From a virus (Duplodnaviria; Caudoviricetes), in IMG/VR virus record IMGVR_UViG_3300036855_000036, positions 1 to 54,334 of that record: a stretch of DNA of 54,334 bases. One strand, written 5' to 3'. The translations under genes and the position numbers were made by a program. Positions within the stretch are counted from its first letter, which is position 1. Each line of letters starts with the position of its first letter. Shown here piece after piece: positions 37,209 to 46,003 of the stretch. The notes beneath the pieces are model-generated. The model was given only the letters and a program-made list of their open reading frames with translations, did no database searches and was not told the origin of the DNA.

Positions 37209-37466
37209 ATGCAACGCAGAACCAACGGGGCTTCGGTCCGCGCCATCCGCGAGGCGCTCGGCATCACGATGACCTCGCTCGCGGCCCGCTGCAAGGTCAG
37301 CAAGCCGTTCATGTCGATGGTCGAAACCGGCACCAACCAGCCGTCGCCGAAGGTCGCCCGCGTCATCGCCGACGAGCTCGGCGTGCCGCTGGACGCCATC
37401 ACCTACCCGTGGGCAGGCGACGTGGAATCCGCTGACGACGAGCTCGCGGAAGCGAAGGCGTCCTGA
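37209..37466 (+). CDS. Cro-like HTH protein
   Basis: VRAIREALGIT, SMVETGTNQPS, IADELGVPLDAI; divergent from repressor. Confidence 0.85.
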   Translation: MQRRTNGASVRAIREALGITMTSLAARCKVSKPFMSMVETGTNQPSPKVARVIADELGVPLDAITYPWAGDVESADDELAEAKAS

Positions 37467-37621
37467 TGGCCGTCCTGCGCACCCTCGACGAGATCTGGGC
37501 GCAGGGTGCCGCGGACGGCGCGGGAGACCCGCCGCTCACCCAGGCGCAGGCCGACCTCGTCGCCGCGATCCTCGCGCCCGTCCGCCGCCAGCTCGCCGCA
37601 CGCGAGCCGCAGGCCGCCTAA
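37466..37621 (+). CDS. Hypothetical protein (51 aa)
   Basis: TGATG coupling; PPLTQAQADLVAAIL. Confidence 0.6.
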   Translation: MAVLRTLDEIWAQGAADGAGDPPLTQAQADLVAAILAPVRRQLAAREPQAA

Positions 37622-37719
37622 AAGCGCGTCAGCCCCCGCGTGCACCACGGGGGCCGACACCCCGGCGGGAGCGATCAGCTGGCGCCGGTTCAACGACAAG
37701 CATAACAAGGAGCGATCAA

Positions 37720-38130
37720 ATGAAAGACCCGACCAAGGCAGACCTGGCCACCGCAGTCGCGAGGCTTACCGAGGAGAACGCGGGCCTGCGCGAGCTGCTC
37801 GCCGCGGTCAGCGCCTACGCGGAACTGCCGCGTCCCGCCAGCTCCGACAACCGCAGCTACGGGTACGAGCTGGAGCGCCGCGCCGACGCGATCGCGATCT
37901 GGGCTAACGGCGACCGGGAGGACATGGCCCCCGACGTCTACGTGCTCGTCATCCAGGACCGGGCGAAGCACCTCCGCGAGGAGGCCGCCAGGCCGGTGCG
38001 GTACGAGGTGCGCGCCGAGCCGGAGCCGTGCCCCTGCGGCGCGGAGATCCCGGCCAGCGAATGGCGCGAAGGCCACCGTACCTGCGGCAGCGAGACCTGC
38101 GCCGAGACTGCCGCGAGCGTGACCGCATGA
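37720..38130 (+). CDS. Hypothetical protein
   Basis: AAGGAG SD. Confidence 0.7.
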   Translation: MKDPTKADLATAVARLTEENAGLRELLAAVSAYAELPRPASSDNRSYGYELERRADAIAIWANGDREDMAPDVYVLVIQDRAKHLREEAARPVRYEVRAEPEPCPCGAEIPASEWREGHRTCGSETCAETAASVTA

Positions 38131-38771
38131 ACGGCCGCCGCCCCGAGGCTGAGCCGCTGCTGACGCCGGCCGAGGTCGCCACGATGTTCAGAGTCGAGCG
38201 CACCTCGCCGACGTTCGTTGAGCGTGTGTTCGCCAAGGTCGACGCGTCGGGCGACTGCTGGGAATGGACTGCCGCGAATATCGATGGCTACGGCGCCGTC
38301 GGGCGCGGCAGCCGCGAGGCGGGCACCATGCAGGCGCACCGCGCCGTGTGGGAGCTGCTCGTCGGCCCGATAGAGGACGGCCTGCAGCTCGACCACCTGT
38401 GCCGCAACCACGCGTGCGTCAACCCTGATCACCTGGAGCCGGTCACGGACGAGGAGAACAAGCGGCGCGGCTACAGCATCGCGGTCTTGCACAGCCTGCG
38501 CGACACCTGCGGCTTCGGCCACCCCAAGGACGGCATCACCCGGCGCAAGGACGGCACGTCCCACCGCTACTGCAAGACCTGTGCTCGGCTGAAGGCCAGC
38601 GCGAGGTACGTCCCCAAGGGACCGCGCACGCACTGCAAGCACCGCCACGAGTTCACCCCCGAGAACACCTACACCGATGGCCGCGGGTGCCGGCAGTGCA
38701 AGGCATGCAAGATCGGCCGGCAGCGCGCGGCGCGCGCCGTGGCCCGCGCTGAGATGGGGAAGGCTGCCTGA
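38127..38771 (+). CDS. HNH homing endonuclease fused to the BldC N-terminus
   Basis: Begins EAEPLLTPAEVATMFRV, then CWEW, AHRAVW, DHLCRNHACVNPDHLEPVT..EN and C-terminal THCKHRHEFTPENT. Confidence 0.9.
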   Translation: MNGRRPEAEPLLTPAEVATMFRVERTSPTFVERVFAKVDASGDCWEWTAANIDGYGAVGRGSREAGTMQAHRAVWELLVGPIEDGLQLDHLCRNHACVNPDHLEPVTDEENKRRGYSIAVLHSLRDTCGFGHPKDGITRRKDGTSHRYCKTCARLKASARYVPKGPRTHCKHRHEFTPENTYTDGRGCRQCKACKIGRQRAARAVARAEMGKAA

Positions 38772-38974
38772 TGAACCGGGAACCAGAGTTCGAAAATCTG
38801 CTTACACCTGCTCAGGTAGCCGCCTGTTTCAAAGTTGATCCGAAGACTGTCACCCGCTGGGCGAAGGCCGGCAAGCTGACGTCGATTAAGACCCTTGGGG
38901 GCCACCGGCGTTACAGGGAGGCCGAGGTCCGCTCCCTGCTCGCGGGCATCCCCTGGACGGGCGGCGCGTCATGA
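38771..38974 (+). CDS. bldC: BldC-family MerR-like HTH regulator
   Basis: VDPKTVTRWAKAGKLTSIKTLGGHRRYREAEVRSLLAGIP, near-identical to Streptomyces BldC as recalled. Confidence 0.9.
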   Translation: MNREPEFENLLTPAQVAACFKVDPKTVTRWAKAGKLTSIKTLGGHRRYREAEVRSLLAGIPWTGGAS

Positions 38975-39276
38975 CCGCCTCCCAGATGCCCCCGAAGGTC
39001 GTCCTCGACGCCGAGACGGACCAGGCGCTCGCGTTCGCCCGCGACCACCGCCTCAGCCACGGCAGCCTCGCGACCATCCTGGCCGAGGGAATAGCCGACC
39101 AGGTCCGCGAGCAGTTCGGGCCCGGGAACGGCCGCATCGTCATGGCCGTGGCGCAGGCGATCAACGGCGTCGAGAAGGCCATGCGCGAGGAGTACGCCAT
39201 GCCCATGAGCCCCGGCCAGCTGATCGTCATCGCCGCGCTCGCCGCCGAGCAGCTTGAGCGGGAGGCACGGCCATGA
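38971..39276 (+). CDS. Hypothetical protein
   Basis: ATGA-coupled chain. Confidence 0.65.
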   Translation: MTASQMPPKVVLDAETDQALAFARDHRLSHGSLATILAEGIADQVREQFGPGNGRIVMAVAQAINGVEKAMREEYAMPMSPGQLIVIAALAAEQLEREARP

Positions 39277-39485
39277 CCGCCTGCTGGGCTGACCCGCTCA
39301 GCCGCAAAGAGCGCGCCGTCCTGGCCGCCAAGCTCACAAGAGCCGCCCTCCTGCTTTTCGCCGCCGGGAGCGTCGTGCGCCGACAGCACGAGGACCACCT
39401 TGCGCGTTCGCTGAACAACGCCGGAGCCGACCTCCAAGACCTGCACCTCGACGTGACCGAGCGGGCGGAGGTTGCGGCGTCATGA
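39273..39485 (+). CDS. Hypothetical protein
   Basis: ATGA-coupled chain. Confidence 0.6.
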   Translation: MTACWADPLSRKERAVLAAKLTRAALLLFAAGSVVRRQHEDHLARSLNNAGADLQDLHLDVTERAEVAAS

Positions 39486-39862
39486 CCGACCTGTACCCGC
39501 GCCACGCCCACAGCGTGGTCCCCGGCGAGCGCCAGCTGTCCGTCCGGGAACTGTTCTTCCGCTGGCTCATGCGGCGAGCCGGGCGGAAGGAGGCCGCCCC
39601 TGCTGCTGCACCCCGTACGGCAGGGGCGGTCAGCCCGCTGCTCTCCGACGCTGAGCCCGTGATGGGCAACGACATGATCGCCAGCGTCCGCGGCCAGTGG
39701 GACGCGTGGCACGCCGAGGACGTGGCCCTCACCGGTCACCCCGCGACCGCGCCAGCAGGCTTCCCCGCCCTCGGCCCGGAGCACGACGCGGCGGCCGTTA
39801 ACGGGCCGCTGCCCCGGCGGGTCCCCGGCGCCACCATCCGCGAGCACGGGAGCTGGACATGA
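39482..39862 (+). CDS. Hypothetical protein
   Basis: ATGA-coupled chain. Confidence 0.6.
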   Translation: MTDLYPRHAHSVVPGERQLSVRELFFRWLMRRAGRKEAAPAAAPRTAGAVSPLLSDAEPVMGNDMIASVRGQWDAWHAEDVALTGHPATAPAGFPALGPEHDAAAVNGPLPRRVPGATIREHGSWT

Positions 39863-40275
39863 GCGCGCCGGGTGTCACCACAGTCCGCCCGGTGCCGGAG
39901 TGGCACGACCGGGCGCTGTGCGCGCAGACAGACCCGGAGGCGTTCTTCCCGGAGAAGGGCGGCAGCATCCGGGCGGCCAAGCGAGTCTGCCAGGCATGCG
40001 AGCTTCGCACCGAGTGCCTTGAGCACGCGATCGAGAACGACGAGCAGCACGGCATCTGGGGCGGCTTGTCGGTCAATGAGCGGCTCCGCGTGACGGCCGT
40101 ACGGCCTGCCGTCTCGCGTCCGCGGCCAAGTCAGCCCCCTGCCGCCATCGTGCGCGAGGCGATGCTTTCGGCGCCCGCTGCCCCCAGCCCCGAGCCCGCC
40201 CGCCCGGAGCGGTGCGAGGACTGCGGCTACCTGAAGACATCGCCAGGCCACAAGGTCACCTGCGAGGAAGCGTGA
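39859..40275 (+). CDS. whiB: WhiB-family Fe-S transcription factor
   Basis: ALCAQTDPEAFFPEKGGS..AKRVC..C...ECLE.A....HGIWGGLS..ER. Confidence 0.93.
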   Translation: MSAPGVTTVRPVPEWHDRALCAQTDPEAFFPEKGGSIRAAKRVCQACELRTECLEHAIENDEQHGIWGGLSVNERLRVTAVRPAVSRPRPSQPPAAIVREAMLSAPAAPSPEPARPERCEDCGYLKTSPGHKVTCEEA

Positions 40276-40580
40276 GCACCCGGGAGATCAGGGTCCACTC
40301 CGACCGCGACGGCCGCGCCCGCTGCGGAGAGCCCAGGGCCCGCGAGGTCACCGCCGACCGCGAGCAGGTCACCTGCCTGGCGTGCGGCAGCCTGGCCGAC
40401 GGCACGCACCCGCTGCAGGTCATCCGGCCCAGCGGCTACCAGTGGGCCGACGTCAAGCCGTGCGGCACGACCGCTGCCTACCAGCGGCACCGGCGCCGCG
40501 AAGGGATCCCGGTCCGCTGCGGGACTTGCCTGCAAGCCGAGCGGCGCCGGGTGGCCGACGCGTACCGGAGGGCGGCGTGA
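40272..40580 (+). CDS. Cys-rich hypothetical protein
   Basis: PCGTTAAYQRH...C..C. Confidence 0.6.
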   Translation: MSTREIRVHSDRDGRARCGEPRAREVTADREQVTCLACGSLADGTHPLQVIRPSGYQWADVKPCGTTAAYQRHRRREGIPVRCGTCLQAERRRVADAYRRAA

Positions 40581-40810
40581 ACGGGGTCCTGGCGTGGCTC
40601 GGCGTGATCCTGCTCGCCTGGGTCGCCGCCTGCGCCGTCCTGTGGGCGCTGTGGCTGCGCGAGGAGTGCCGGGATCGCGGCGAGGCAGCCGGGCGCGCCC
40701 GGTGCCAGGCACGGGACGAGGCCGCTGAGGCCGCGGCCGCGCGGCTCGCCGCGCTCGTCGACGACGAGTACCGGGCGCTGTGCGAGAGGGAAGGCGGCGG
40801 CCGTGGCTGA
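40577..40810 (+). CDS. Small membrane protein
   Basis: N-terminal TM. Confidence 0.6.
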   Translation: MNGVLAWLGVILLAWVAACAVLWALWLREECRDRGEAAGRARCQARDEAAEAAAARLAALVDDEYRALCEREGGGRG

Positions 40811-41027
40811 CCCGGTGCCCAACCCGCTGACGACGCCCGGCACCTACTTCGCCGCCGTCGTCCACTACCCGATGGAAGCCGGCATCATCGGCGTCTACGG
40901 CCCGTGGCTGGGCCGGAAGCACGCCGAGAACGAGGCCGCTCGGCTCCGTGAGGCCGGCATCCACCCGAACGACGAGTGGGCCGTCGTCCCGCTCCGCCGG
41001 ATCGACCTGGGGCCGGCCAATGTCTAG
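40803..41027 (+). CDS. Hypothetical protein
   Basis: Coupled overlaps. Confidence 0.55.
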   Translation: MADPVPNPLTTPGTYFAAVVHYPMEAGIIGVYGPWLGRKHAENEAARLREAGIHPNDEWAVVPLRRIDLGPANV

Positions 41028-41889
41028 GCCCGTCATCACCGAACCGGGACTGTACCCCGATATTGACGAGGACTGGTACCACGCCGATCCCGTCACCGGA
41101 GGGAGCCTGTCGGTCAGCGGCGCGAAGCTGCTGCTGCCCCCGTCATGCCCGGCGATCTTCGACCACAACCGCAGGCACCCGCACAAGGCGACCAAGTCGA
41201 TGGAGCTGGGCACCGTCGTGCACGGCCTGGTCCTCGGCACCGGCCAGCCGGTTCGCGTCTGCGATGCCGACAGCTGGCGCACCAAGGCAGCCCAGTGCTT
41301 CCGCGACGACGCCATCGAGGCGGGCGAGGTCCCGATGCTCGCCGCCGAGCACGCCAAGGCTGAGGCCATCGCCCAGGCCGTCAGGGACCACGACGTCGCG
41401 GGCGGCCTGTTCGCCGAGGGTGACGCCGAGCAGTCCATGTTCTGGCCCGACGAGGAATTCGGCATCTGGTGCCGCGGCCGCATCGACTGGCTGACCTACT
41501 TCGAGGCCACGCCGACGATCGTCGACCTCAAGACCAGCGGAGACGCCAGCCCGCAGGAGTTCGCCAAGTCGGCCGCGAAGTACGCCTACTACATGCAGGA
41601 CCCGTACTACCGCGACGGGCTCGGCGCGCTCCTCAAGTGCGACCCCGACGAGATCGACTTCATCTTCACCGTCGTGCAGACCGAGGAACCGTACCTCGTC
41701 ATGACCTACCGGCTGCTGCCCGAGCACGCCGACCTCGGCCGCGAGCAGAACCGCATCGCCCGCGAGGTCTACCGCGACTGCGTCAAGTCGGACGTGTGGC
41801 CCGCGTGGTCCGAATCCATCGAAGACCTTCCCCTGCCCGGCTGGGCCGTGCGGGACATCGAAAGAGGAATCAATGAGTGGCACGACTGA
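41020..41889 (+). CDS. recE: RecE-like PD-(D/E)XK exonuclease (exonuclease VIII type)
   Basis: YHAD...SLSVSGAK, GTVVH, RGRIDWL, IVDLKT, YYMQ..YY. Confidence 0.85.
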   Translation: MSRPVITEPGLYPDIDEDWYHADPVTGGSLSVSGAKLLLPPSCPAIFDHNRRHPHKATKSMELGTVVHGLVLGTGQPVRVCDADSWRTKAAQCFRDDAIEAGEVPMLAAEHAKAEAIAQAVRDHDVAGGLFAEGDAEQSMFWPDEEFGIWCRGRIDWLTYFEATPTIVDLKTSGDASPQEFAKSAAKYAYYMQDPYYRDGLGALLKCDPDEIDFIFTVVQTEEPYLVMTYRLLPEHADLGREQNRIAREVYRDCVKSDVWPAWSESIEDLPLPGWAVRDIERGINEWHD

Positions 41890-42967
41890 CCTCGCCCTCC
41901 GCGAGGAGAACGCGCTCACCGCAACGCAGGCCGCCGCGCTGGCCATCCAGCCGGGACAGGTCGCATTCGACGAGATGCAGCGCGCCGCGCTGCGCCAGCT
42001 CGGCCTCGAGGACGCCCCCGACGGCGACCTGTCCGTCTTCCTGCACGTCTCCCAGCGCACCGGCCTGGACCCGTTCAGCCGGCAGATCTACATGATCGGC
42101 CGCAACGAGAAGGTGCCCGGCACCCGCGACCAGTGGCGCAAGAAGTACACCATCCAGACCGGCATCGACGGGCTGCGCGTCATGCGGGACCGCGCCGAGC
42201 GCGCGGCCGGCGTCCGCGGCATCCTGTCGCCGCCCGTCTTCTACGACGGGGAAGGGAACGCGAGCAAGGTCTGGGTCAAGGCGGGGCCGCCCGTCGCCTG
42301 CGAGATCACCTACACCGTCCGCGACCACCACGGCGACACGCCCTACACGTCCATCCTGCGGTTCACCGAGTACGCCCAGTACAAGGACGACAAGCTCACC
42401 GCGCAGTGGGCCGTCAAGCACGCGCACATGCTGGAGAAGTGCACCGAGGCCGACGTGTACCGCAAGGCGTTCCCGCAGGACTTCAGCGGCATCGCCCTCG
42501 CCGACGCCATGCCAGCCGACGGGAGCGACGGCGCCCCGGTCACGCGCCGCAAGCGCATCACCGCGGACGCCATCCGCGCCCGCAACCCCCAGACCGTGGC
42601 ATCCGCCGTGGTCGCCCCAGACCCCTCGCCCGCGGGCACGGAGATCAGCCCCCGCTCCGTTCCGTCCGCCGTCCCCAGTGCGGACGTGTCGCCGCCCGCG
42701 GGCGAGGGCCCTTCCCGTGACGACCTGCTGCTGCAGGTCAACGACCACCTCGAGCGGCTCGGCGTCGATCCGGATAACCGGCTCAGCATGGTCGCCCATG
42801 TCGCCAGCCGGCCGCTCGCCGGGACCAGGGACCTGACGGACGACGAGGTGCGCAAGGTCGCCGACACGCTCGAGGGCCTGGACGACGGCATCGCGCTCAA
42901 CGGGTGGCTCGCGGAGAAGGCCATGGACGCCGACCCGCGCGGGGACGGTGAGCCCGGTGAGAGCTGA
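41873..42967 (+). CDS. recT: RecT/Red-beta ssDNA annealing protein
   Basis: TGLDPFSRQIY, IQTGIDGLR, W...HMLEKCTEA...RKAFP. Confidence 0.9.
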   Translation: MSGTTDLALREENALTATQAAALAIQPGQVAFDEMQRAALRQLGLEDAPDGDLSVFLHVSQRTGLDPFSRQIYMIGRNEKVPGTRDQWRKKYTIQTGIDGLRVMRDRAERAAGVRGILSPPVFYDGEGNASKVWVKAGPPVACEITYTVRDHHGDTPYTSILRFTEYAQYKDDKLTAQWAVKHAHMLEKCTEADVYRKAFPQDFSGIALADAMPADGSDGAPVTRRKRITADAIRARNPQTVASAVVAPDPSPAGTEISPRSVPSAVPSADVSPPAGEGPSRDDLLLQVNDHLERLGVDPDNRLSMVAHVASRPLAGTRDLTDDEVRKVADTLEGLDDGIALNGWLAEKAMDADPRGDGEPGES

Positions 42968-43193
42968 CCCGGAGACCGGCTTCGTAGGCGGCATGCAGGA
43001 CGCGTTCGGCGGCGAGGTCAAGTTCTTCGCCGTCCAGGGCCGCGTGACCATCGACACGTCCGGGCTGGGGATCGTGCTCGACGCCCCGCAGCGCGATCAG
43101 TACGCGCAGCTGCTCGTCGCCTCCTCGCATGAGGCCGACGCGCAGGAGGCCGTCGACCGCGCCGCGATGCCGGGGCAGGTGAGCGGTGGCTGA
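42948..43193 (+). CDS. Hypothetical protein
   Basis: Operon context. Confidence 0.55.
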   Translation: MSPVRADPETGFVGGMQDAFGGEVKFFAVQGRVTIDTSGLGIVLDAPQRDQYAQLLVASSHEADAQEAVDRAAMPGQVSGG

Positions 43194-43407
43194 GCCGTGC
43201 ATCCACGACCTCGACCCCGCAACGTGCGGCGTGTGCAACGGGGCCGAGAAGCGGACGTCGGCAGCGGAACGGCCAGAGCGCGGACCGTGGTTCTTCGCGC
43301 GCTTCGACGGCACGTGCTCTGACTGCGGCGACGGGTTCGACGCCGGGCAGAAGATCCGCGCCGACGGCGAGGGCGGCTACCTCTGCGAGGACTGCGACGA
43401 TGCCTGA
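43186..43407 (+). CDS. Zn-finger hypothetical protein
   Basis: CIHDL..C..C; ARFDGTCSDC; LCEDC. Confidence 0.65.
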   Translation: MAEPCIHDLDPATCGVCNGAEKRTSAAERPERGPWFFARFDGTCSDCGDGFDAGQKIRADGEGGYLCEDCDDA

Positions 43408-43705
43408 CCCGCGCCCGATGACCGAAGCCCAGCTACAGGCTGCCGTCACGGACCTGTGCAAGCTGTACGGCCTCAGGTGGCACCACCAGCGGATCAGCCA
43501 GCTGTCCAAGCCCGGCTGGCCGGACCTGGTCATCGCTGGCCGCTCGCTGCTGTTCCGCGAGCTGAAGCGCCAGGCGGGCTACCCGACCGCCGCGCAGCTG
43601 GAGTGGATCCACGACCTGCGGCACGCGGGCGCGGACGCCGACGTGTGGCGGCCGGCCGACCTCGCCAGCGGGCGGATACAGCGGGAACTAGAGGCAGTCA
43701 GGTGA
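43400..43705 (+). CDS. VRR-NUC domain nuclease
   Basis: MTEAQLQ, GWPDLV, FRELK, QLEWI, VWRPAD. Confidence 0.85.
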   Translation: MPDPRPMTEAQLQAAVTDLCKLYGLRWHHQRISQLSKPGWPDLVIAGRSLLFRELKRQAGYPTAAQLEWIHDLRHAGADADVWRPADLASGRIQRELEAVR

Positions 43706-44067
43706 GCCCGGTCCGCCCGGAGAACCGCGACCGCTACCCGGCGAACTGGCCGGAGGTCAGCAAGGCCATCAAGGAGCGGGCCGGCTGGCGCTGCGAGTGC
43801 GAGGGCGAGTGCGGCAAGTCGCACCTGTCCGGCCGCTGCGCCAACTGGCACGGCATCGAGTCGGTCGACACGCAGAACAAGGTGGTGCTCACCACTGCGC
43901 ACCTCGACCACCAGCCGGAGAACTGCGACCCGGCCAACCTCAAGGCCATGTGCCAGGGCTGCCACCTCCGCTACGACGCGCCGCACCACGCGGAGACGCG
44001 CAGGGAGACCAGGGCGCGCGAGCTGGCGCAGGCGAACACGCCGCTGCCGCTGGAGGCCGGGCCTTGA
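43702..44067 (+). CDS. HNH-like protein
   Basis: YPANW, RAGWRCE, LTTAHLDH.PENC..NLKAMCQGCH..YD. Confidence 0.8.
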   Translation: MSPVRPENRDRYPANWPEVSKAIKERAGWRCECEGECGKSHLSGRCANWHGIESVDTQNKVVLTTAHLDHQPENCDPANLKAMCQGCHLRYDAPHHAETRRETRARELAQANTPLPLEAGP

Positions 44068-44129
44068 CCCTGCGGGCAGCGCGGAAAGCGCCGGGGGCAC
44101 TGCCTCCCGGCGCTTCCGCACGCGCGCGG

Positions 44130-44339
44130 CTAGCTGGTGGTGTCCGCGATCTCGCGGCCGTGGGCGACCGCCCACGCCACGACGTCGGCACGCTTCCAGA
44201 CCTTGCCCATGTCCAGCTCGGCTTCAGGCGCGGGGAAGTCGTCGCTGCTGATGAGCTGCTGGACGCGCTGACGGCTGATGCCGCCGAGCATGCGCCCGAT
44301 CTCTGCGGCCCCGGCAAGTTGTCCCATGTCAAGAACCAT
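44130..44339 (-). CDS. AlpA-like HTH regulator
   Basis: GAAEIGRMLGGISRQRVQQL...DFPAP...GKVW. Confidence 0.8.
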   Translation of the reverse strand: MVLDMGQLAGAAEIGRMLGGISRQRVQQLISSDDFPAPEAELDMGKVWKRADVVAWAVAHGREIADTTS

Positions 44340-44353
44340 AGGCACGATGCTAG

Positions 44354-44403
44354 TAGTCACTTGACTAGAGGGCAAGAGTACGGAAGGCTAGTCACTTGAC
44401 TAG
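44354..44403. promoter_or_regulatory. Two identical palindromic operators TAGTCACTTGACTAG
   Basis: Copies at 44354-68 and 44389-403 between divergent genes. Confidence 0.7.
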
Positions 44404-44444
44404 TGCAGTCACATCGACAACTTGAATCACGCGAAAGGTGCGGG

Positions 44445-45065
44445 ATGGAACGCCGCGGTTTGCCTGCCTCGTATGACGGGACTCTCTACAGGTCACACCT
44501 CGAGGCCCGTTGGGCAATCTTCTTTGCCAAGCTCGACGTCAAGGCGATCTACGAGCCGCAGGGATTCGACCTGGGCGACGGCACGGCCTACCTGCCGGAC
44601 TTCGCCGTCTACGGCGCACTGGGAACGCTCTGGATTGAAGTCAAACCCCAGTGGGACGCCGATTCTCAAGGCATCGAAAAGTGGCGCCGATTCGCAGGAA
44701 TGAGGCCGAAACCTTCGGAGTCGCGCGCCGCTCTGCTAGTAGGTCCCCCCTCCAGTGAAGCCCCCGGGCATATTGTCATCGGCGGCGACGAGACGCTTTT
44801 CGGCTGGCCCGATGGGACGCGCGGCGTAGCGAACGGTGATCCGCTTAAAGGTCCCTGGGAAGACGGCGAATACGCGTGGCGCCCCTGCGTGGGCGGTTAT
44901 CACTTCGACCTTGCCTATGCCTATGAGAGCAACTACATGACCCTTGGTGACGGCTGCCCGGCGCACGCGGGCGGCGATGGGCATCAGCGCATTTATGACG
45001 CCGCTTGCGCCGCGATGTCCCACCGATTTGGCAAGTTCGGCCCGCAGTCAGGCACGGCGGCATAG
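44445..45065 (+). CDS. PD-(D/E)XK nuclease
   Basis: YRSHLEARWA, YEPQGF, YLPDF, WIEVKP; lower GC. Confidence 0.8.
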   Translation: MERRGLPASYDGTLYRSHLEARWAIFFAKLDVKAIYEPQGFDLGDGTAYLPDFAVYGALGTLWIEVKPQWDADSQGIEKWRRFAGMRPKPSESRAALLVGPPSSEAPGHIVIGGDETLFGWPDGTRGVANGDPLKGPWEDGEYAWRPCVGGYHFDLAYAYESNYMTLGDGCPAHAGGDGHQRIYDAACAAMSHRFGKFGPQSGTAA

Positions 45066-46003
45066 TGGCCCGTATCCGCTCGATCAAGCCGGACTTCTTC
45101 ACGTCCGAGACAATCGCCGAGCTGCCGCTGTCGGCGCGGCTCACGTTCATCGGGCTGTGGACCTACGTCGACGACAACGGCGTCGGCCAGTACAACGAGA
45201 TGCTCATCAATGCGGCCGTCTGGCCGCTGGAGGAGAACGCTCTCGAAACCCTCGCCAGGACCCGGGAGGACATCGACGAGCTCGCGGACGCCGATCTTGT
45301 CGTCCTCTACCGCGACGACCGCAAGCGGTACGTGTTCATCGCGTCATGGGACGAGCACCAGAAAGTCGACCACCCGCGCAAGCCGCGCTACCCGCGGCCT
45401 GGTGCGGACGGGTGCGAGAAGCTTCCCGCCGTGCCTCGCGAGACCTTCGCGAGACCTTCGCGAGAGCCGCGCGAAATCCCCGCGAATCACCTCCCGGACG
45501 ATGCCGGCGGCAATCCTCGCGAGACCTTCGCGAATGACTCGCGAGACCTTCGCGAGGATAGTGGCGACCTAGGGCAAAATGAGGCATCTACCTGCGACGA
45601 CACCACCCTCGCGAGCGACTCGCGAGAACCTCGCGAAGACCTCGCGCCTGAGCAGGGAGCAGGGAGCAGGGAGCAGGGATCAAAATCTCTTGGCCGGCAA
45701 GCCGGCCGATCGCCCGTTCCCGGCTCGGATGACGACGCCGACTTCGCCGCATTCTGGTCCGCCTACCCGCGCAAGGTCGGCAAGGGGCAAGCCCGGAGCG
45801 CCTGGCGCAGCGCACTCGGCAAGGCCGACGCGAAGACGATCATCGACGCGACGGAGCGCTACCGGGACGACCCGCGGCGCACCGCCGACTTCACCGCCCA
45901 CCCGTCCACCTGGCTTAACGGCGAGCGCTGGGCCGACGTGCCGCGCCACCTCGAGCCCGTCCCGGACACGCCGCGCCCCCAGTCGTTCCCGTGGGAGAAC
46001 TGA
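45065..46003 (+). CDS. Phage replication initiator
   Basis: ARIRSIKPDFF, ARLTFIGLW..DDNG, WDEHQK, FWSAYPRKVGK, HPSTWLNGERW. Confidence 0.88.
   Translation: MARIRSIKPDFFTSETIAELPLSARLTFIGLWTYVDDNGVGQYNEMLINAAVWPLEENALETLARTREDIDELADADLVVLYRDDRKRYVFIASWDEHQKVDHPRKPRYPRPGADGCEKLPAVPRETFARPSREPREIPANHLPDDAGGNPRETFANDSRDLREDSGDLGQNEASTCDDTTLASDSREPREDLAPEQGAGSREQGSKSLGRQAGRSPVPGSDDDADFAAFWSAYPRKVGKGQARSAWRSALGKADAKTIIDATERYRDDPRRTADFTAHPSTWLNGERWADVPRHLEPVPDTPRPQSFPWEN
45435..45680. repeat. Iteron-like repeats (putative replication origin)
   Basis: Many TCGCGA cores in 11-bp units (TCGCGAGACCT) plus GAGCAGG tandem repeats within the initiator gene. Confidence 0.65.

Noticed and set aside
45435-45680. 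CRISPR-like array
   Set aside because: Short repeats without unique spacers, inside a CDS; no cas genes
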